From Syntrophomonadaceae bacterium (GTDB lineage: Bacteria; Bacillota; Dethiobacteria; DTU022), in contig SKOR01000038.1 in NCBI GenBank assembly GCA_007119965.1, positions 22,226-86,225 of the forward strand: DNA of 64,000 nt, read 5' to 3'. Position numbers and translations under genes: made by a program. Shown in pieces: positions 1 through 9,883 of the stretch. Position 1 is the first letter of the stretch; every line of letters begins with the position of its first letter. Below the pieces are notes generated by a model. That model made no database searches, was not told the origin of the DNA, and saw only the letters and a program-made list of their open reading frames with translations.

Positions 1-1790
1 TGTCCCCCCAGTAGAACAAAAACCATAATTACCGTACCAACCAAGCTTCCGGCAACCATTTCACCCATGGCGTTTATGGCGGTGGCTATAACAACAGAAG
101 CCAGGCCGAGAGCTAACAGACGAGAATAAGACAAAACATCACTTAAGTAGCCGGTAATATTATAGAGGCTGAGCAAACCACTCAGGAATTTCATGACAAT
201 ACCGCTCTGGCTGCGACCCTGGGTCAGGATTAACCCGGCCCCTCCGCCAAGAGCCATCCACTGGGCCGCCGTTTCGTAACCCGGGAGCATAAGCAGGATC
301 AGGCCGTTTAAAAAAATAAACCAGAAACCCTGATCAAAGAGGGCGCTCCAGGGACGCCCGGCCTTTATATTGCGGTAAGCCTGAACGCCCATCCCGAAAT
401 AGATGTGAATCAGGCCAATCGCGAAACAGTAGAAGAGCATCCGCATCGGATCGTCAAGGGGATCAAACCAGAGTGGCGGCAGCTTGATCAAATCTCCGAA
501 ATAAGCGCCAAATACAATCCCAAATACTACCGAAGAAATTCCTCCAAGGAACAACAGGTAAATCAGCTGTTTACCCATGCCTCCCAGTTTTAGTTTGCGC
601 GATATAAAGAGGGCCAACAGGGAAAGGGCAATACCGTAACCTGCATCAGAAAGGCAGATCCCGAAAAAAACAAAGAAAAATGGCGCCATAAAAGGAGTGG
701 GGTCAAGTTCGCTTCTCTTCGGTGTGCTGTAAAGCTTGGTAACCACTTCGTAAGCTTCAACGGGGCCGCTGTTATGAAGCAGGACCGGTACATTTTCCCC
801 CGGTTCAGGGTCTCTTGCCGCCAATACGGCGGTTTCAGTTTTCTCTTCAACTGCTTTTTCAAGATCCTGTAAAACCGGGACAGGGACCCACCCTTCCAGC
901 AAAAAGCTGTTTTCAGTGCGGGCCAGGTTGGCCACGGCTTCATGTTTTTGCAGTTCGTTAGCCATATAATCGTGGCAGGCCATCAACATCGGCCTGTTTT
1001 CAAGCAGGTCTTCAATATCTTTCATGGCCGCTTCCCTTTCATCCTGAAGAGAAGCAATTTTCCGGTGCATTAATTCTATGTTATGGGCGGCAGTCCCGGT
1101 AAGATCCTGGAATTTTACCGCTGTGACAGTATTGTCTTTAAACAAATCCTGCATTTGAGCCAGATCTTCAGTCAGGCCTGCGTAGAAGAAATAAACAAAT
1201 TCATTGTCTGCAGATATTTCTTCGTAATAATGGTCCGGAATTTTTTCAGCAAGGCCGGCCTGCAGGGCCTCCGAGCGATCAACGCCAACCGTGTAGAGCC
1301 CGATGACAGCCGAGCTGCCCTGTTCAACCTCTTCCAGGGACAGCGACATGGAAGACCAGGGTTCAAGCTCTTCAATAAGGTTGCGGCCCTGGGTCTCTTC
1401 GTTGCGGATCCGGGCCAGGTTTTCTTCTGCCTTATGGCAGGCTTCATAAACTGGTTTTACCTTTTCCAGCTGGTTGACAAAATCGCGATAATCCTGTTCG
1501 GTAAGCTCCAGTTTAGAACCGGTGAACTGTTCGACAAAACTTTTTCGGGCCGGAAAATAACGCTGGAAAAAGTCGAGGCAATAGCGGACATCGCTAAGCA
1601 CAGACTCGGATTCCGAAACAGTCTCACCGACATGCTCGGGTTCAAGCAGAGCCCGAAACTCTTCCCAGGCCTCGCCTGACTTTATATCAAGCATCTCTAC
1701 GCTGCCCAGTGCCTGTAAGAGGCTGAAAATATTTTCCCTCTCCTGCCGATGGCCGAGGAGAAATACTTTCTTCATCTCAATTATCGGCAT
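1..1790 (-). CDS. ntpI: A/V-type ATP synthase subunit I (a); 3' end runs off the window
   Basis: Read by hand at both ends in the same frame: ATG at 1790 (MPIIEMKKVFLLGHRQE) and C-terminal membrane part with LSYSRLLALGLA (catalytic Arg motif). Absent from the ORF track because no stop lies in the window. Confidence 0.9.
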   Translation of the reverse strand, partial: MPIIEMKKVFLLGHRQERENIFSLLQALGSVEMLDIKSGEAWEEFRALLEPEHVGETVSESESVLSDVRYCLDFFQRYFPARKSFVEQFTGSKLELTEQDYRDFVNQLEKVKPVYEACHKAEENLARIRNEETQGRNLIEELEPWSSMSLSLEEVEQGSSAVIGLYTVGVDRSEALQAGLAEKIPDHYYEEISADNEFVYFFYAGLTEDLAQMQDLFKDNTVTAVKFQDLTGTAAHNIELMHRKIASLQDEREAAMKDIEDLLENRPMLMACHDYMANELQKHEAVANLARTENSFLLEGWVPVPVLQDLEKAVEEKTETAVLAARDPEPGENVPVLLHNSGPVEAYEVVTKLYSTPKRSELDPTPFMAPFFFVFFGICLSDAGYGIALSLLALFISRKLKLGGMGKQLIYLLFLGGISSVVFGIVFGAYFGDLIKLPPLWFDPLDDPMRMLFYCFAIGLIHIYFGMGVQAYRNIKAGRPWSALFDQGFWFIFLNGLILLMLPGYETAAQWMALGGGAGLILTQGRSQSGIVMKFLSGLLSLYNITGYLSDVLSYSRLLALGLASVVIATAINAMGEMVAGSLVGTVIMVFVLLGG

Positions 1791-2103
1791 CAGTTTTCAC
1801 AACCTTGTCTTTAAGCAGGGCAATCGCTTCCGGCAATCGGCCTGAAGCTTCTTCCCTGAGCTGCGAGATCTCTTCCCGCCGCTTCTCTGTAAGCGGTTCT
1901 GCTTCAGCCCTGGCTTCATCCTCTGCTTTCTTAATCAGTTCTTTTGCCTGCTGCTCTGCCTCAGCAGCTGCTTCCAGGATAATATTTTCTGCTTCAGCCT
2001 CAGCGTTCTTCTGTTCCTGGCGCGCACCCTGCTGGGCTTCCCGGATAATCGCTTCCGCTTTGCTTTCGGCTTCTTTAATTTCTTTAACCAATTCCATGGT
2101 CAA
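1777..2103 (-). CDS. A/V-type ATP synthase peripheral stalk subunit H/G (NtpF-like)
   Basis: 108-aa Ala/Glu/Lys coiled coil (ELVKEIKEAESKAEAII) directly upstream of subunit I; likely ATG at 2097. Confidence 0.8.
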   Translation of the reverse strand: MTMELVKEIKEAESKAEAIIREAQQGARQEQKNAEAEAENIILEAAAEAEQQAKELIKKAEDEARAEAEPLTEKRREEISQLREEASGRLPEAIALLKDKVVKTDADN

Positions 2104-2208
2104 TGAACTTCACCACCCGTATCTTTATCCTGCCGGTAATTATGACAAGCTGCTAAAGGCTAAATAGTCAGATAGTTTGGACGAACACCAAATAACAAGC
2201 AACAAACA

Positions 2209-2655
2209 TTATACTATAAATGTAACCCCGATTCCAGCTTCGGAAAAAAATTCTTTTGCCAGATCATCAGGGTAGTTTCCCTCCAGCACAACAGATCTGA
2301 TCCCTGCATTAACCAGCATCTTGGCGCAGACTGCACAGGGGTAGTGGGTGCAATATAAAACAGAATCCCTAATCGCCACTCCGTGTATTGCAGCCTGAAT
2401 AATTGCATTCTGTTCAGCGTGAAGTCCCCGGCAGAGCTCATGCCTCTCACCCGAGGGGACCTTTAAGTCCTCCCTCAGGCAGCCGACATCGCGGCAATGG
2501 CTGAGGCCGCTGGGGGTTCCGTTATAGCCGGTGGAGAGAATTCTCTTATTTAAAACGAGCAGTGCCCCCACCTGCCTTCTCAGGCAGGTTGAGCGGGTGG
2601 CAACTACGGATGCTATCTGCATAAAATAATGATCCCAATCAGGACGTTCTAGCAA
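2209..2655 (-). CDS. dCMP deaminase (ComEB family)
   Basis: [24 protein letters not shown] and PCxxC zinc motifs. Confidence 0.9.
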   Translation of the reverse strand: MLERPDWDHYFMQIASVVATRSTCLRRQVGALLVLNKRILSTGYNGTPSGLSHCRDVGCLREDLKVPSGERHELCRGLHAEQNAIIQAAIHGVAIRDSVLYCTHYPCAVCAKMLVNAGIRSVVLEGNYPDDLAKEFFSEAGIGVTFIV

Positions 2656-2673
2656 TTGGCCACCTCTTTCTGA

Positions 2674-3303
2674 TCAGGATGTTCCGAACAACCGGTCGCC
2701 GGCATCGCCCAAACCGGGGACGATATAAGCTTTCTCGTTTAACTTCTCATCAACGGATGCAAGGTAAATCTTAACATCGGGATGGCTTTCGGTAATAGCT
2801 TTAATCCCTTCGGGAGCGGCAATCAGGCTGAGGAGCCGGATATTTTTGATACCGGCTTCTTTAAGCAGCGCCAGGGCATGGACAGCAGACCCGCCGGTCG
2901 CCAGCATCGGCTCGAGCAAAAAGCAATCGGCATCATTAATGTCAGGCGGCAGATTATTATAGTATTCAACCGGGACATGAGTATCGTGATCACGGTATAG
3001 GCCGATATGTCCTGCCCTGGCATAGGGAAAGATCTTCAGGGCCCCGGGAACCATACCCAGGCCGGCCCTTAGCACGGCAACAAATACCGGTTCTGCCTTA
3101 CCGATCACTTCACCTTTACAGGGGCCTACCGGTGTGACGATGTCAACCTCCATCGTATCCATGTCACGGACAGCCTCGTACAGCAAAAGAGCGGTAATTT
3201 CCTCCACCAGCCCGCGAAACTGCCAGGTTTGAGTTTCAACACGGCGGCACTGGGTTAATTTGTGACGGACCAGGGGGTGATCAACAACAAATACCTGTTC
3301 CAA
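2674..3303 (-). CDS. upp: uracil phosphoribosyltransferase
   Basis: VLRAGLGM, PMLATGGS, YIVPGLGDAGDRLFGT. Confidence 0.97.
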   Translation of the reverse strand: MEQVFVVDHPLVRHKLTQCRRVETQTWQFRGLVEEITALLLYEAVRDMDTMEVDIVTPVGPCKGEVIGKAEPVFVAVLRAGLGMVPGALKIFPYARAGHIGLYRDHDTHVPVEYYNNLPPDINDADCFLLEPMLATGGSAVHALALLKEAGIKNIRLLSLIAAPEGIKAITESHPDVKIYLASVDEKLNEKAYIVPGLGDAGDRLFGTS

Positions 3304-3329
3304 ATCTGTTCAACTCCTATCCTTGAATT

Positions 3330-4610
3330 TTAGTAAGCAGGATAATGCAGGCACAAATTCCTTACCCGCTGCCTGATTTTATCCAAATGCCGGCTGTTAT
3401 GACGGCAGGTGATAGTTTCTTCAATCAGGACGGCAATTTCCCGGAGCTGTGCGGGCGCCATGCCGCGCGAAGTCAGCGTCGGTGTGCCCAACCTGATCCC
3501 GCTGGGGTTATTGGCGCCCCTCGGGTCATAGGGGATTACATTTTTATTTGTAACTATGCCTACATCTTCAAGCACCTTTTCTGCTTCCATCCCCGAGATG
3601 TTTTTATTGCGCAAATCAACGAGGACCAGGTGAGTATCGGTGCCGCCGGTAACCAATGTAAAGCCCAGACCGGACAGGGCCTCGGCCAGGACAGAAGCAT
3701 TTTCCAGCACGTTTTCCTGGTATGTTCTGTAACCCGGCAGCTGGGCCTCCTTGAAAGCAACGGCCTTGGCGGCAATAATGTGCATTAACGGTCCCCCCTG
3801 CAACCCGGGGAAAACAGCCTGGTCAATCGCCCGGGCATGCTTTTGTCGGCAGAAGATCATCCCGCCGCGCGGGCCGCGAAATGTCTTATGGGTTGTAGCT
3901 GTAACAATATCTGCGCATGCTACAGGGTTGGGATGCAAACCGCAAGCGACAAGCCCTGCTGTGTGGGCCATATCCACCAGGAGAATAGCCCCTATTTCCC
4001 GGGCAATAACGGCAAAGCCCTCGAAGTCAATCAGGCGCGGGTAAGAGCTGGCGCCGGCGATGATCAGCTTTGGCTCAATTTCACGCGCTGTATGCCGCAC
4101 CGCTTCGAGATCCAGCATACAGGTATCTGGATCGACCCTGTAGCTGAATGACTGGTAATAGCGGCCCGAAATATTTACTTTACTGCCGTGAGTAAGGTGG
4201 CCGCCGTGACTGAGATCCATACCCAGGATCCGATCTCCGGGCTGAAGCATGGCCAGGAATACAGCCATGTTTGCAGAAGTCCCTGAGTGGGGCTGGACAT
4301 TAGCATGTTCCGCCATAAAGACTTCCCTGGCCCTGCTGCAGGCCAGGCTTTCAACCTGATCTACAAAATAACACCCGCCGTAATAACGGGCGCCTGCATA
4401 CCCTTCTGCATACTTATTGGTTAAAACCGATCCCTGGGCTTCGATGACCGCTTTGCTGACCAGGTTTTCAGAGGCGATCATAATCAGGTTATCCTGCTGC
4501 CTTTTCTGTTCGTCAGTTATCGATGAGTATATCTCGGGGTCTACAGCCTGCAGCGAGTCATTGTTTAGTTTATTGTCTGTTAAGCTCATTCCGGCTACTT
4601 TCAACTCCAT
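3330..4610 (-). CDS. glyA: serine hydroxymethyltransferase
   Basis: IASEN, NKYAEGY, TTHKTFRGPRGG (PLP Lys). Confidence 0.98.
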   Translation of the reverse strand: MELKVAGMSLTDNKLNNDSLQAVDPEIYSSITDEQKRQQDNLIMIASENLVSKAVIEAQGSVLTNKYAEGYAGARYYGGCYFVDQVESLACSRAREVFMAEHANVQPHSGTSANMAVFLAMLQPGDRILGMDLSHGGHLTHGSKVNISGRYYQSFSYRVDPDTCMLDLEAVRHTAREIEPKLIIAGASSYPRLIDFEGFAVIAREIGAILLVDMAHTAGLVACGLHPNPVACADIVTATTHKTFRGPRGGMIFCRQKHARAIDQAVFPGLQGGPLMHIIAAKAVAFKEAQLPGYRTYQENVLENASVLAEALSGLGFTLVTGGTDTHLVLVDLRNKNISGMEAEKVLEDVGIVTNKNVIPYDPRGANNPSGIRLGTPTLTSRGMAPAQLREIAVLIEETITCRHNSRHLDKIRQRVRNLCLHYPAY

Positions 4611-5050
4611 TATTTATTTTCAATTACCGTAATTTTATCCAGGCGGCGGCTGTGCCTGCCCCCTGCAAAAAGGGTGTTCAGAAACGCTTCTACTATATCT
4701 ATAGCGAGGCCTGGTCCGGTTACCCGTGAGCCCATGGCCAGGATATTGGCGTCATTATGTTCCCGGGAGCAATGTGCAGAATAAGTCTCGCCGCAGAGGG
4801 CGGCACGAATCCCCTTATGCTTGTTGGCAGCTATAGACATGCCAATTCCCGTTCCGCAGATCAGGATGCCAAAATCGCATTCACCGGAACGCACAGCGTC
4901 GGCAACCGGGGCGGCAATATCGGGGTAATCTACGCTGTCCTCAGATAATACGCCGAAGTCCCTGTACGGCCTTTCAGCTGCCCGTAAGTGCCCGATCACA
5001 CTTTCTTTAAGCAGAAAACCGGCATGGTCACTTCCCACGGCTATTTTCAT
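4610..5050 (-). CDS. rpiB: ribose-5-phosphate isomerase B
   Basis: GSDHAG, ICGTGIGMSIAANK, HNDAN, GGRH. Confidence 0.96.
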   Translation of the reverse strand: MKIAVGSDHAGFLLKESVIGHLRAAERPYRDFGVLSEDSVDYPDIAAPVADAVRSGECDFGILICGTGIGMSIAANKHKGIRAALCGETYSAHCSREHNDANILAMGSRVTGPGLAIDIVEAFLNTLFAGGRHSRRLDKITVIENK

Positions 5051-5519
5051 CCTGCGAACCCTCCTTCAGCTTCAGGGTAACCTTCTTTACACAGGCCCGG
5101 ATATCCTCTAACACCTGATGGTATTTTTCCGGTCCGTAGCCGGCCGGGTCTTGCAAGTCACAGCCATCCTGGTCCAGACCGGCAAATTCCCTGAGCAGAA
5201 ATGTTTTATTCGCTGCCCGCGGGAAGCGGGCCAGCAACTCACGCCTGTGGTCTGCAGTCATCACCAGGATCATATCCGAGTCATCGATCAGGTCATAGTC
5301 AAGTACCCGCGAATGGTGTTTGTTAAGGCCGGGGTAGTCGCTGCCAAAGAATTTTCTGACCGGCTCAGAAGCTTTTGCACCCGCCATGGCAGATAAGCCG
5401 GCGGATGAAACTTCGACGTCAAAAGGCAGGCTGGTCGTAACCAGCTCTTTTTTTAATAGAGCTTCGGCCAGCGGACTGCGGCAGGTATTCCCTGTGCAAA
5501 CGAAAAGTATTTTTAACAT
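5028..5519 (-). CDS. ywlE: low-molecular-weight protein arginine/tyrosine phosphatase (YwlE-like)
   Basis: VCTGNTCRS P-loop, DP motif; conserved sua5-ywlE-rpiB synteny. Confidence 0.88.
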   Translation of the reverse strand: MLKILFVCTGNTCRSPLAEALLKKELVTTSLPFDVEVSSAGLSAMAGAKASEPVRKFFGSDYPGLNKHHSRVLDYDLIDDSDMILVMTADHRRELLARFPRAANKTFLLREFAGLDQDGCDLQDPAGYGPEKYHQVLEDIRACVKKVTLKLKEGSQDENSRGK

Positions 5520-5539
5520 TACTAACCTCCATTATAAAC

Positions 5540-6562
5540 TTAGACCCTTATCACGCGCGAGGCTGCTTTCCTGAGACGGTTCATTACCGCCAGGCCGAGG
5601 CCTTCGGTTTCAATTTCTTCAGCCAGGATCACACCAGCCCCCTCTTCATCGAGGCGGCGCAGAAGGCGATAAAGGTGTGCGGCAAACTGTTCGGGATCAA
5701 CTTCCCACTTTAAACTTCCCTGGGAAGAAAGGTTCAACAAACCTACTGTAAATCCCTTTCTTTGGTACCTGTAAACCAGGAAATTAACTAACTGCTTCCG
5801 CCTCCCGACAGGGCCGACCACCAGGATTAGGGGCGCTGAAGGCGAATAGTGGCGGTATTTCATGCCCGGAGACGCCGGCAAATCAAGGCCGCCTCCCGGC
5901 CCTGCCAGGGATACCGGGCAGCCTAAAGCTGCTTCCAAATCTTCACGGGACAGACCCCCGGGTCGAAGGATACACGGTTGGGAACCGGTTAAATCAAGGA
6001 CTGTTGACTCAACCCCGATCACACAGACAGAGCTTCTGATCACCGCATCAATGCGACCGGAGAGATCTTCTAAGACATGCCTGTAGCTTGTCGGGCTGGG
6101 CCTTCCCGATCTGTTTGCGCTCGGGGCAGCTATCGGCCCCCCTGAAAAACTGATCAGGTCAAGAGCAACCTGGTGATCAGGCATCCGGACAGCAACTGTC
6201 GAAAGACCGGCACTGACCACGGGGGGAATATTTTCAGACCTCTGCAGGACCAGGCTTAACGGGCCGGGCCAAAATTTATCGATAAGCTCTCCCGCAACAT
6301 CAGGTATACTGCGGGCCACATCTGCCAGTTGATTCTTTTTGGAAATATGGACAATCAGGGGGTTATCGGGAGGACGACCTTTTGCAGTAAATATTTTCTT
6401 AACCGCATCAGCATCTGCGGCTGAAGCACCCAGGCCGTAAACTGTTTCTGTCGGGAAAGCGACCAAACCACCCTGCCTTATGATCTTTGCAGCCTTGTAA
6501 ACAGAACTTCTGCTATCATCCAGCAGCAGTGTCCGTTTAACCGGGATCATTGTACGGTCCAT
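5540..6562 (-). CDS. tsaC: L-threonylcarbamoyladenylate synthase (Sua5 type)
   Basis: FPTETVYGLG, KGRPPDNPLIVH, APSANRSG, SPGMKYRHY. Confidence 0.96.
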   Translation of the reverse strand: MDRTMIPVKRTLLLDDSRSSVYKAAKIIRQGGLVAFPTETVYGLGASAADADAVKKIFTAKGRPPDNPLIVHISKKNQLADVARSIPDVAGELIDKFWPGPLSLVLQRSENIPPVVSAGLSTVAVRMPDHQVALDLISFSGGPIAAPSANRSGRPSPTSYRHVLEDLSGRIDAVIRSSVCVIGVESTVLDLTGSQPCILRPGGLSREDLEAALGCPVSLAGPGGGLDLPASPGMKYRHYSPSAPLILVVGPVGRRKQLVNFLVYRYQRKGFTVGLLNLSSQGSLKWEVDPEQFAAHLYRLLRRLDEEGAGVILAEEIETEGLGLAVMNRLRKAASRVIRV

Positions 6563-6594
6563 GAACCTTTCCTCTTCTTTCCGGTGGAAATATT

Positions 6595-8208
6595 TTAAGA
6601 TCCTGGCTTATCTTCGAGGACTAACTCGGCGATGTTTTTGGCATGATCGGCAACCCGCTCAAGGTTGCTCAGCAGATCCAGGTAAATAACGCCGGCTGAA
6701 GGGTAACATTTCTTTGTATTAATACGCTCAATATGCTCATTTCGAAGCGCTTTTTCCCGGGCATCTATCTCATCGTCCTGAAGGGCTACCCGTTCGGCCA
6801 GTTCAGGGTCATCAGTCTCGAAGGCAATAATTGCTTCCTCCAACATTAATTTTATCTTGCCGTAAAATTCGCAGATTTCATCCAGCGCTGTATTGGAAAA
6901 AGGCAAACGCTCCTCGGTTTTCATTTCACCCAGCTGCATGATGTTCTCAGCATGATCGCCAATCCGTTCCAGGTCATTTGCCGATGACATCAGGTTGCCG
7001 ATTAGCTTAGTCTGCTGCTGGGACATGGAGTGCTGTGAAAGATCGGAGAGGTAGACATTAATTTCTTTTTCGAGCCCGTCAACCAGTTCTTCCATCTGAA
7101 CGATATGTTTAACTTTTTTCAGATCATTCTTTAAAAACACATCCATTGATTCGTCAAGCATTTCCCGGGCAATACCGGCCATGCGCAAAAGCTCCTGCTT
7201 GGCGCCTCCGAGCGCCACTGCAGGAGTTTTCAGGATTCGTTTATCAAGGTATTTAGGACCGAAATCCATCTTTTCATCTTCACCTGGCACAATATAGACT
7301 ATGAGACGGGTAAAGTATTTCAGGAATATGATAAAAACAAGAGTGTTTAGAAGGTTAAAGGCGGTGTGCGTGTTAGCTACCTGCCGCGGGACAGTAGAGG
7401 CCGTCTGCAAAATCAGGTCGGTAAAAGGGCCCAGGATCGCAAGAGCTATGATTACTCCTAGAACATTGAACAGCACGTGGGCATAAGCAGCCCTGCGGGC
7501 AGCCACGTTTGCGCCTATACTGGCCAGGATGGCAGTGATGCTGGTCCCGATGTTCGTTCCCAGGATCAGGGGCACAGCAGCATCAAAAGGAATCAAATCC
7601 TGCAGGGTCATAGCAATAATAACGCCGGTTGCCGCACTGCTGCTTTGAATAAGCGCTGTAAATACTGCACCGGCGAGAATGCCCAGAATGGGGTAGGCGC
7701 TGAACTGCACCAGCATATTATGGAAAGCGTCAAATTCCCTTAGCGGCATCATACCGCTAGACATTGTTGTCATGCCGAGAAAAAGCAAACCGAAACCGAG
7801 CACTGTCTGCCCGATGTAGCGGTGAAAGCGACGGCGTCCAAAAAAGTTTAACAGGGAACCGATACCGATAGCGGGATAAGCAATAACCCCGATATCAAAA
7901 GAAATGATCTGTGCTGTAACTGTTGTCCCGATATTGGCCCCGATAATTACACTGACGGCCTGGGAAAGATTCATTAACCCGGCGTTAGCGAAGCCAACTA
8001 CCATTACCGAGGCAGTACTGCTGCTCTGGACCAGAATAGTAACCAATACTCCGGTTAGCACACCCAGGACCGGCTTGTTAGTCAACACTTCAAGTATTCG
8101 GCGAAAACTATCGCCTGCCGCTTTTTGCATGCCGGAGGCCATAATTTGAATGCCGAACAAAAAAAGACCCAGGCCGCCGAGAGCGCTAAAGGCTATATCC
8201 CAGAACAA
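6595..8208 (-). CDS. Na+/phosphate cotransporter with C-terminal PhoU domains
   Basis: Two QSSS repeats, GANIGT/GTNIGT, two LERIGDHA/LERVADHA PhoU motifs. Confidence 0.93.
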   Translation of the reverse strand: MFWDIAFSALGGLGLFLFGIQIMASGMQKAAGDSFRRILEVLTNKPVLGVLTGVLVTILVQSSSTASVMVVGFANAGLMNLSQAVSVIIGANIGTTVTAQIISFDIGVIAYPAIGIGSLLNFFGRRRFHRYIGQTVLGFGLLFLGMTTMSSGMMPLREFDAFHNMLVQFSAYPILGILAGAVFTALIQSSSAATGVIIAMTLQDLIPFDAAVPLILGTNIGTSITAILASIGANVAARRAAYAHVLFNVLGVIIALAILGPFTDLILQTASTVPRQVANTHTAFNLLNTLVFIIFLKYFTRLIVYIVPGEDEKMDFGPKYLDKRILKTPAVALGGAKQELLRMAGIAREMLDESMDVFLKNDLKKVKHIVQMEELVDGLEKEINVYLSDLSQHSMSQQQTKLIGNLMSSANDLERIGDHAENIMQLGEMKTEERLPFSNTALDEICEFYGKIKLMLEEAIIAFETDDPELAERVALQDDEIDAREKALRNEHIERINTKKCYPSAGVIYLDLLSNLERVADHAKNIAELVLEDKPGS

Positions 8209-8263
8209 TAAGTTGACCCTCCATAAAAAGGGTTATTTTCAGAGCACTGTCCTTACTTAACAC

Positions 8264-8292
8264 ATTATAAGGTATCGCATCGTTATTTTCAA
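8264..8292 (-). promoter_or_regulatory. sigma-A promoter of Na/Pi-tsaC operon
   Basis: TTGAAA-17 bp-TATAAT on the minus strand. Confidence 0.7.
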
Positions 8293-8437
8293 TTTTTATT
8301 CTCTAATTTTTTAAAAATCAGGCCCTGCCGCCGGTACGATCCGGCAGAAATCTACTTACAGACACACTGAACAGCTTATACTGCCCTGCCTGCAATCATG
8401 TTATGCTATAATAATTTTAGCTAAACGGAGGTGAATC

Positions 8438-8860
8438 ATGGTGACAGATTTAATTCGTTTCGGCATTTCAATGGAAAAAGACCTTTTGGGAAGGCTTGAT
8501 CATGAAATTGTCAAGCGCGGCTACCCTAACCGCTCAGAAGCGATCAGGGATTTAATACGCAATCAACTCGTTGAACTGGACTGGTCTCAGGATGACGAAG
8601 AAGTTGCCGGAACCATTACAATTATCTATAACCACCATGTCAGGGGCCTGAGCGATCTGCTGCTGGAACTGCAGCACGACCATCACGATATGATCATTTC
8701 GGTGATGCATGTGCACCTGGAGCATGACCACTGCCTGGAAGTTATGGTCATAAAAGGCAAAGCCTCTGAGGCAAAAGAGCTGTCAGGCCGGCTGATTGGG
8801 GTCAAAGGGGTCAAGCATGGCAAGCTGACTATTACTTCAACCGGGAAAAGACTGAATTAG
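8438..8860 (+). CDS. nikR: nickel-responsive regulator NikR
   Basis: N-terminal ribbon-helix-helix (RFGISM..NRSEAIRDLIR), Ni ligands in LQH..HVHLEHDHCLE; GGAGGTG RBS and TGnTATAAT upstream. Confidence 0.95.
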   Translation: MVTDLIRFGISMEKDLLGRLDHEIVKRGYPNRSEAIRDLIRNQLVELDWSQDDEEVAGTITIIYNHHVRGLSDLLLELQHDHHDMIISVMHVHLEHDHCLEVMVIKGKASEAKELSGRLIGVKGVKHGKLTITSTGKRLN

Positions 8861-8968
8861 TTTTCAGCGAACGGGGATGAGCTTTTCGCTTAAACGGGCA
8901 GCTGTGTAACAGGCAGCAGCATCAAGCGGGCTTCTCCATCTTTTCAGGCTTTGCCAGCCGCCGGCAGT

Positions 8969-9877
8969 TCACTGCCGGGTGCTCAGCCCTGCCTGCCGGA
9001 TTTCCCCCTCAAATACGCGTGGATGCCCGGCCAGGTCGCAATGCCAGGTTATGGTGTTGAAAAGGCCCGTTGTCTGGACCAGTTCTTCAAGGGGTTCTTT
9101 CTGGCCGGCCCCGAACTCGAAAAGTACAAGGCAGGGCTGACTGATATGTTCGGGCAGCTCCCTGAGAATAATCCGGTAACTGTCGAGCCCGTCTTCGCCC
9201 CCACAGAGGGCATCAAATGGTTCATATTCTTTAATCCCCCGCGGAAGCCTCTTCATCTCTTGCCGGCTCACATACGGCGGGTTGGAAGCCACAAGGTTAA
9301 ATTGCGGACGCGGTTCTGCACCCCGCAGAGCTGAAAAGTAATTTCCCTCGAAAAATTTTATTTTTTCAAGAACCCCGAGACCGACTGCGTTTATACGGGC
9401 CTGTTTTAATGCCTCCCCCGAGAGATCCACGGCCCAGACTTCAAGCAGGGGCATCTTCAGGGCCATTGTAACCGCCAGCACCCCACTTCCCGTCCCGAGA
9501 TCGACGCCCTTAAGATCTGTGTGGCCTTTTGCAGCCTGCAATTTATACCAAGCCAGGGCCCGATCAATTATCAGCTCTGTTTCCGGTCGGGGGATCAGGA
9601 CACTTTTGCTGATTTTGAAGCGGTTACCGTAAAAATGTTTTTCTCCTGTTATATAGGCCAGCGGTTTTTGATTACACCTGTCATGAAGCGCTTCCTCAAA
9701 AGTCGCATAAATTTCGGGTTCAAGTTCCTCAGACCTTTTTAAAAATAGCTGCAGGCGGTCGCGTTTCAGCAGATAGGCCAGCAGCGTTTCCGCCTCTTCC
9801 CGCGGTTGGGCAATCCCTGCTTTTTTCAAGCAAAAAGAAGCCCGCTGCAGGGCTTCTTCAATCGTTATAATCGTCAA
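8969..9877 (-). CDS. prmC: release factor glutamine methyltransferase
   Basis: LIPRPETE, DLGTGSG, SNPPY; follows prfA. Confidence 0.95.
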   Translation of the reverse strand: MTIITIEEALQRASFCLKKAGIAQPREEAETLLAYLLKRDRLQLFLKRSEELEPEIYATFEEALHDRCNQKPLAYITGEKHFYGNRFKISKSVLIPRPETELIIDRALAWYKLQAAKGHTDLKGVDLGTGSGVLAVTMALKMPLLEVWAVDLSGEALKQARINAVGLGVLEKIKFFEGNYFSALRGAEPRPQFNLVASNPPYVSRQEMKRLPRGIKEYEPFDALCGGEDGLDSYRIILRELPEHISQPCLVLFEFGAGQKEPLEELVQTTGLFNTITWHCDLAGHPRVFEGEIRQAGLSTRQ

Positions 9878-9883
9878 CGGCTT

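Noticed and set aside
405-1679. Several short ORFs on both strands
   Set aside because: All overlap the ATPase subunit I frame, which the ORF track missed.
8376-8412. NikR operator upstream of nikR
   Set aside because: Only a weak TTATA..TATAA symmetry with spacing unlike known operators.
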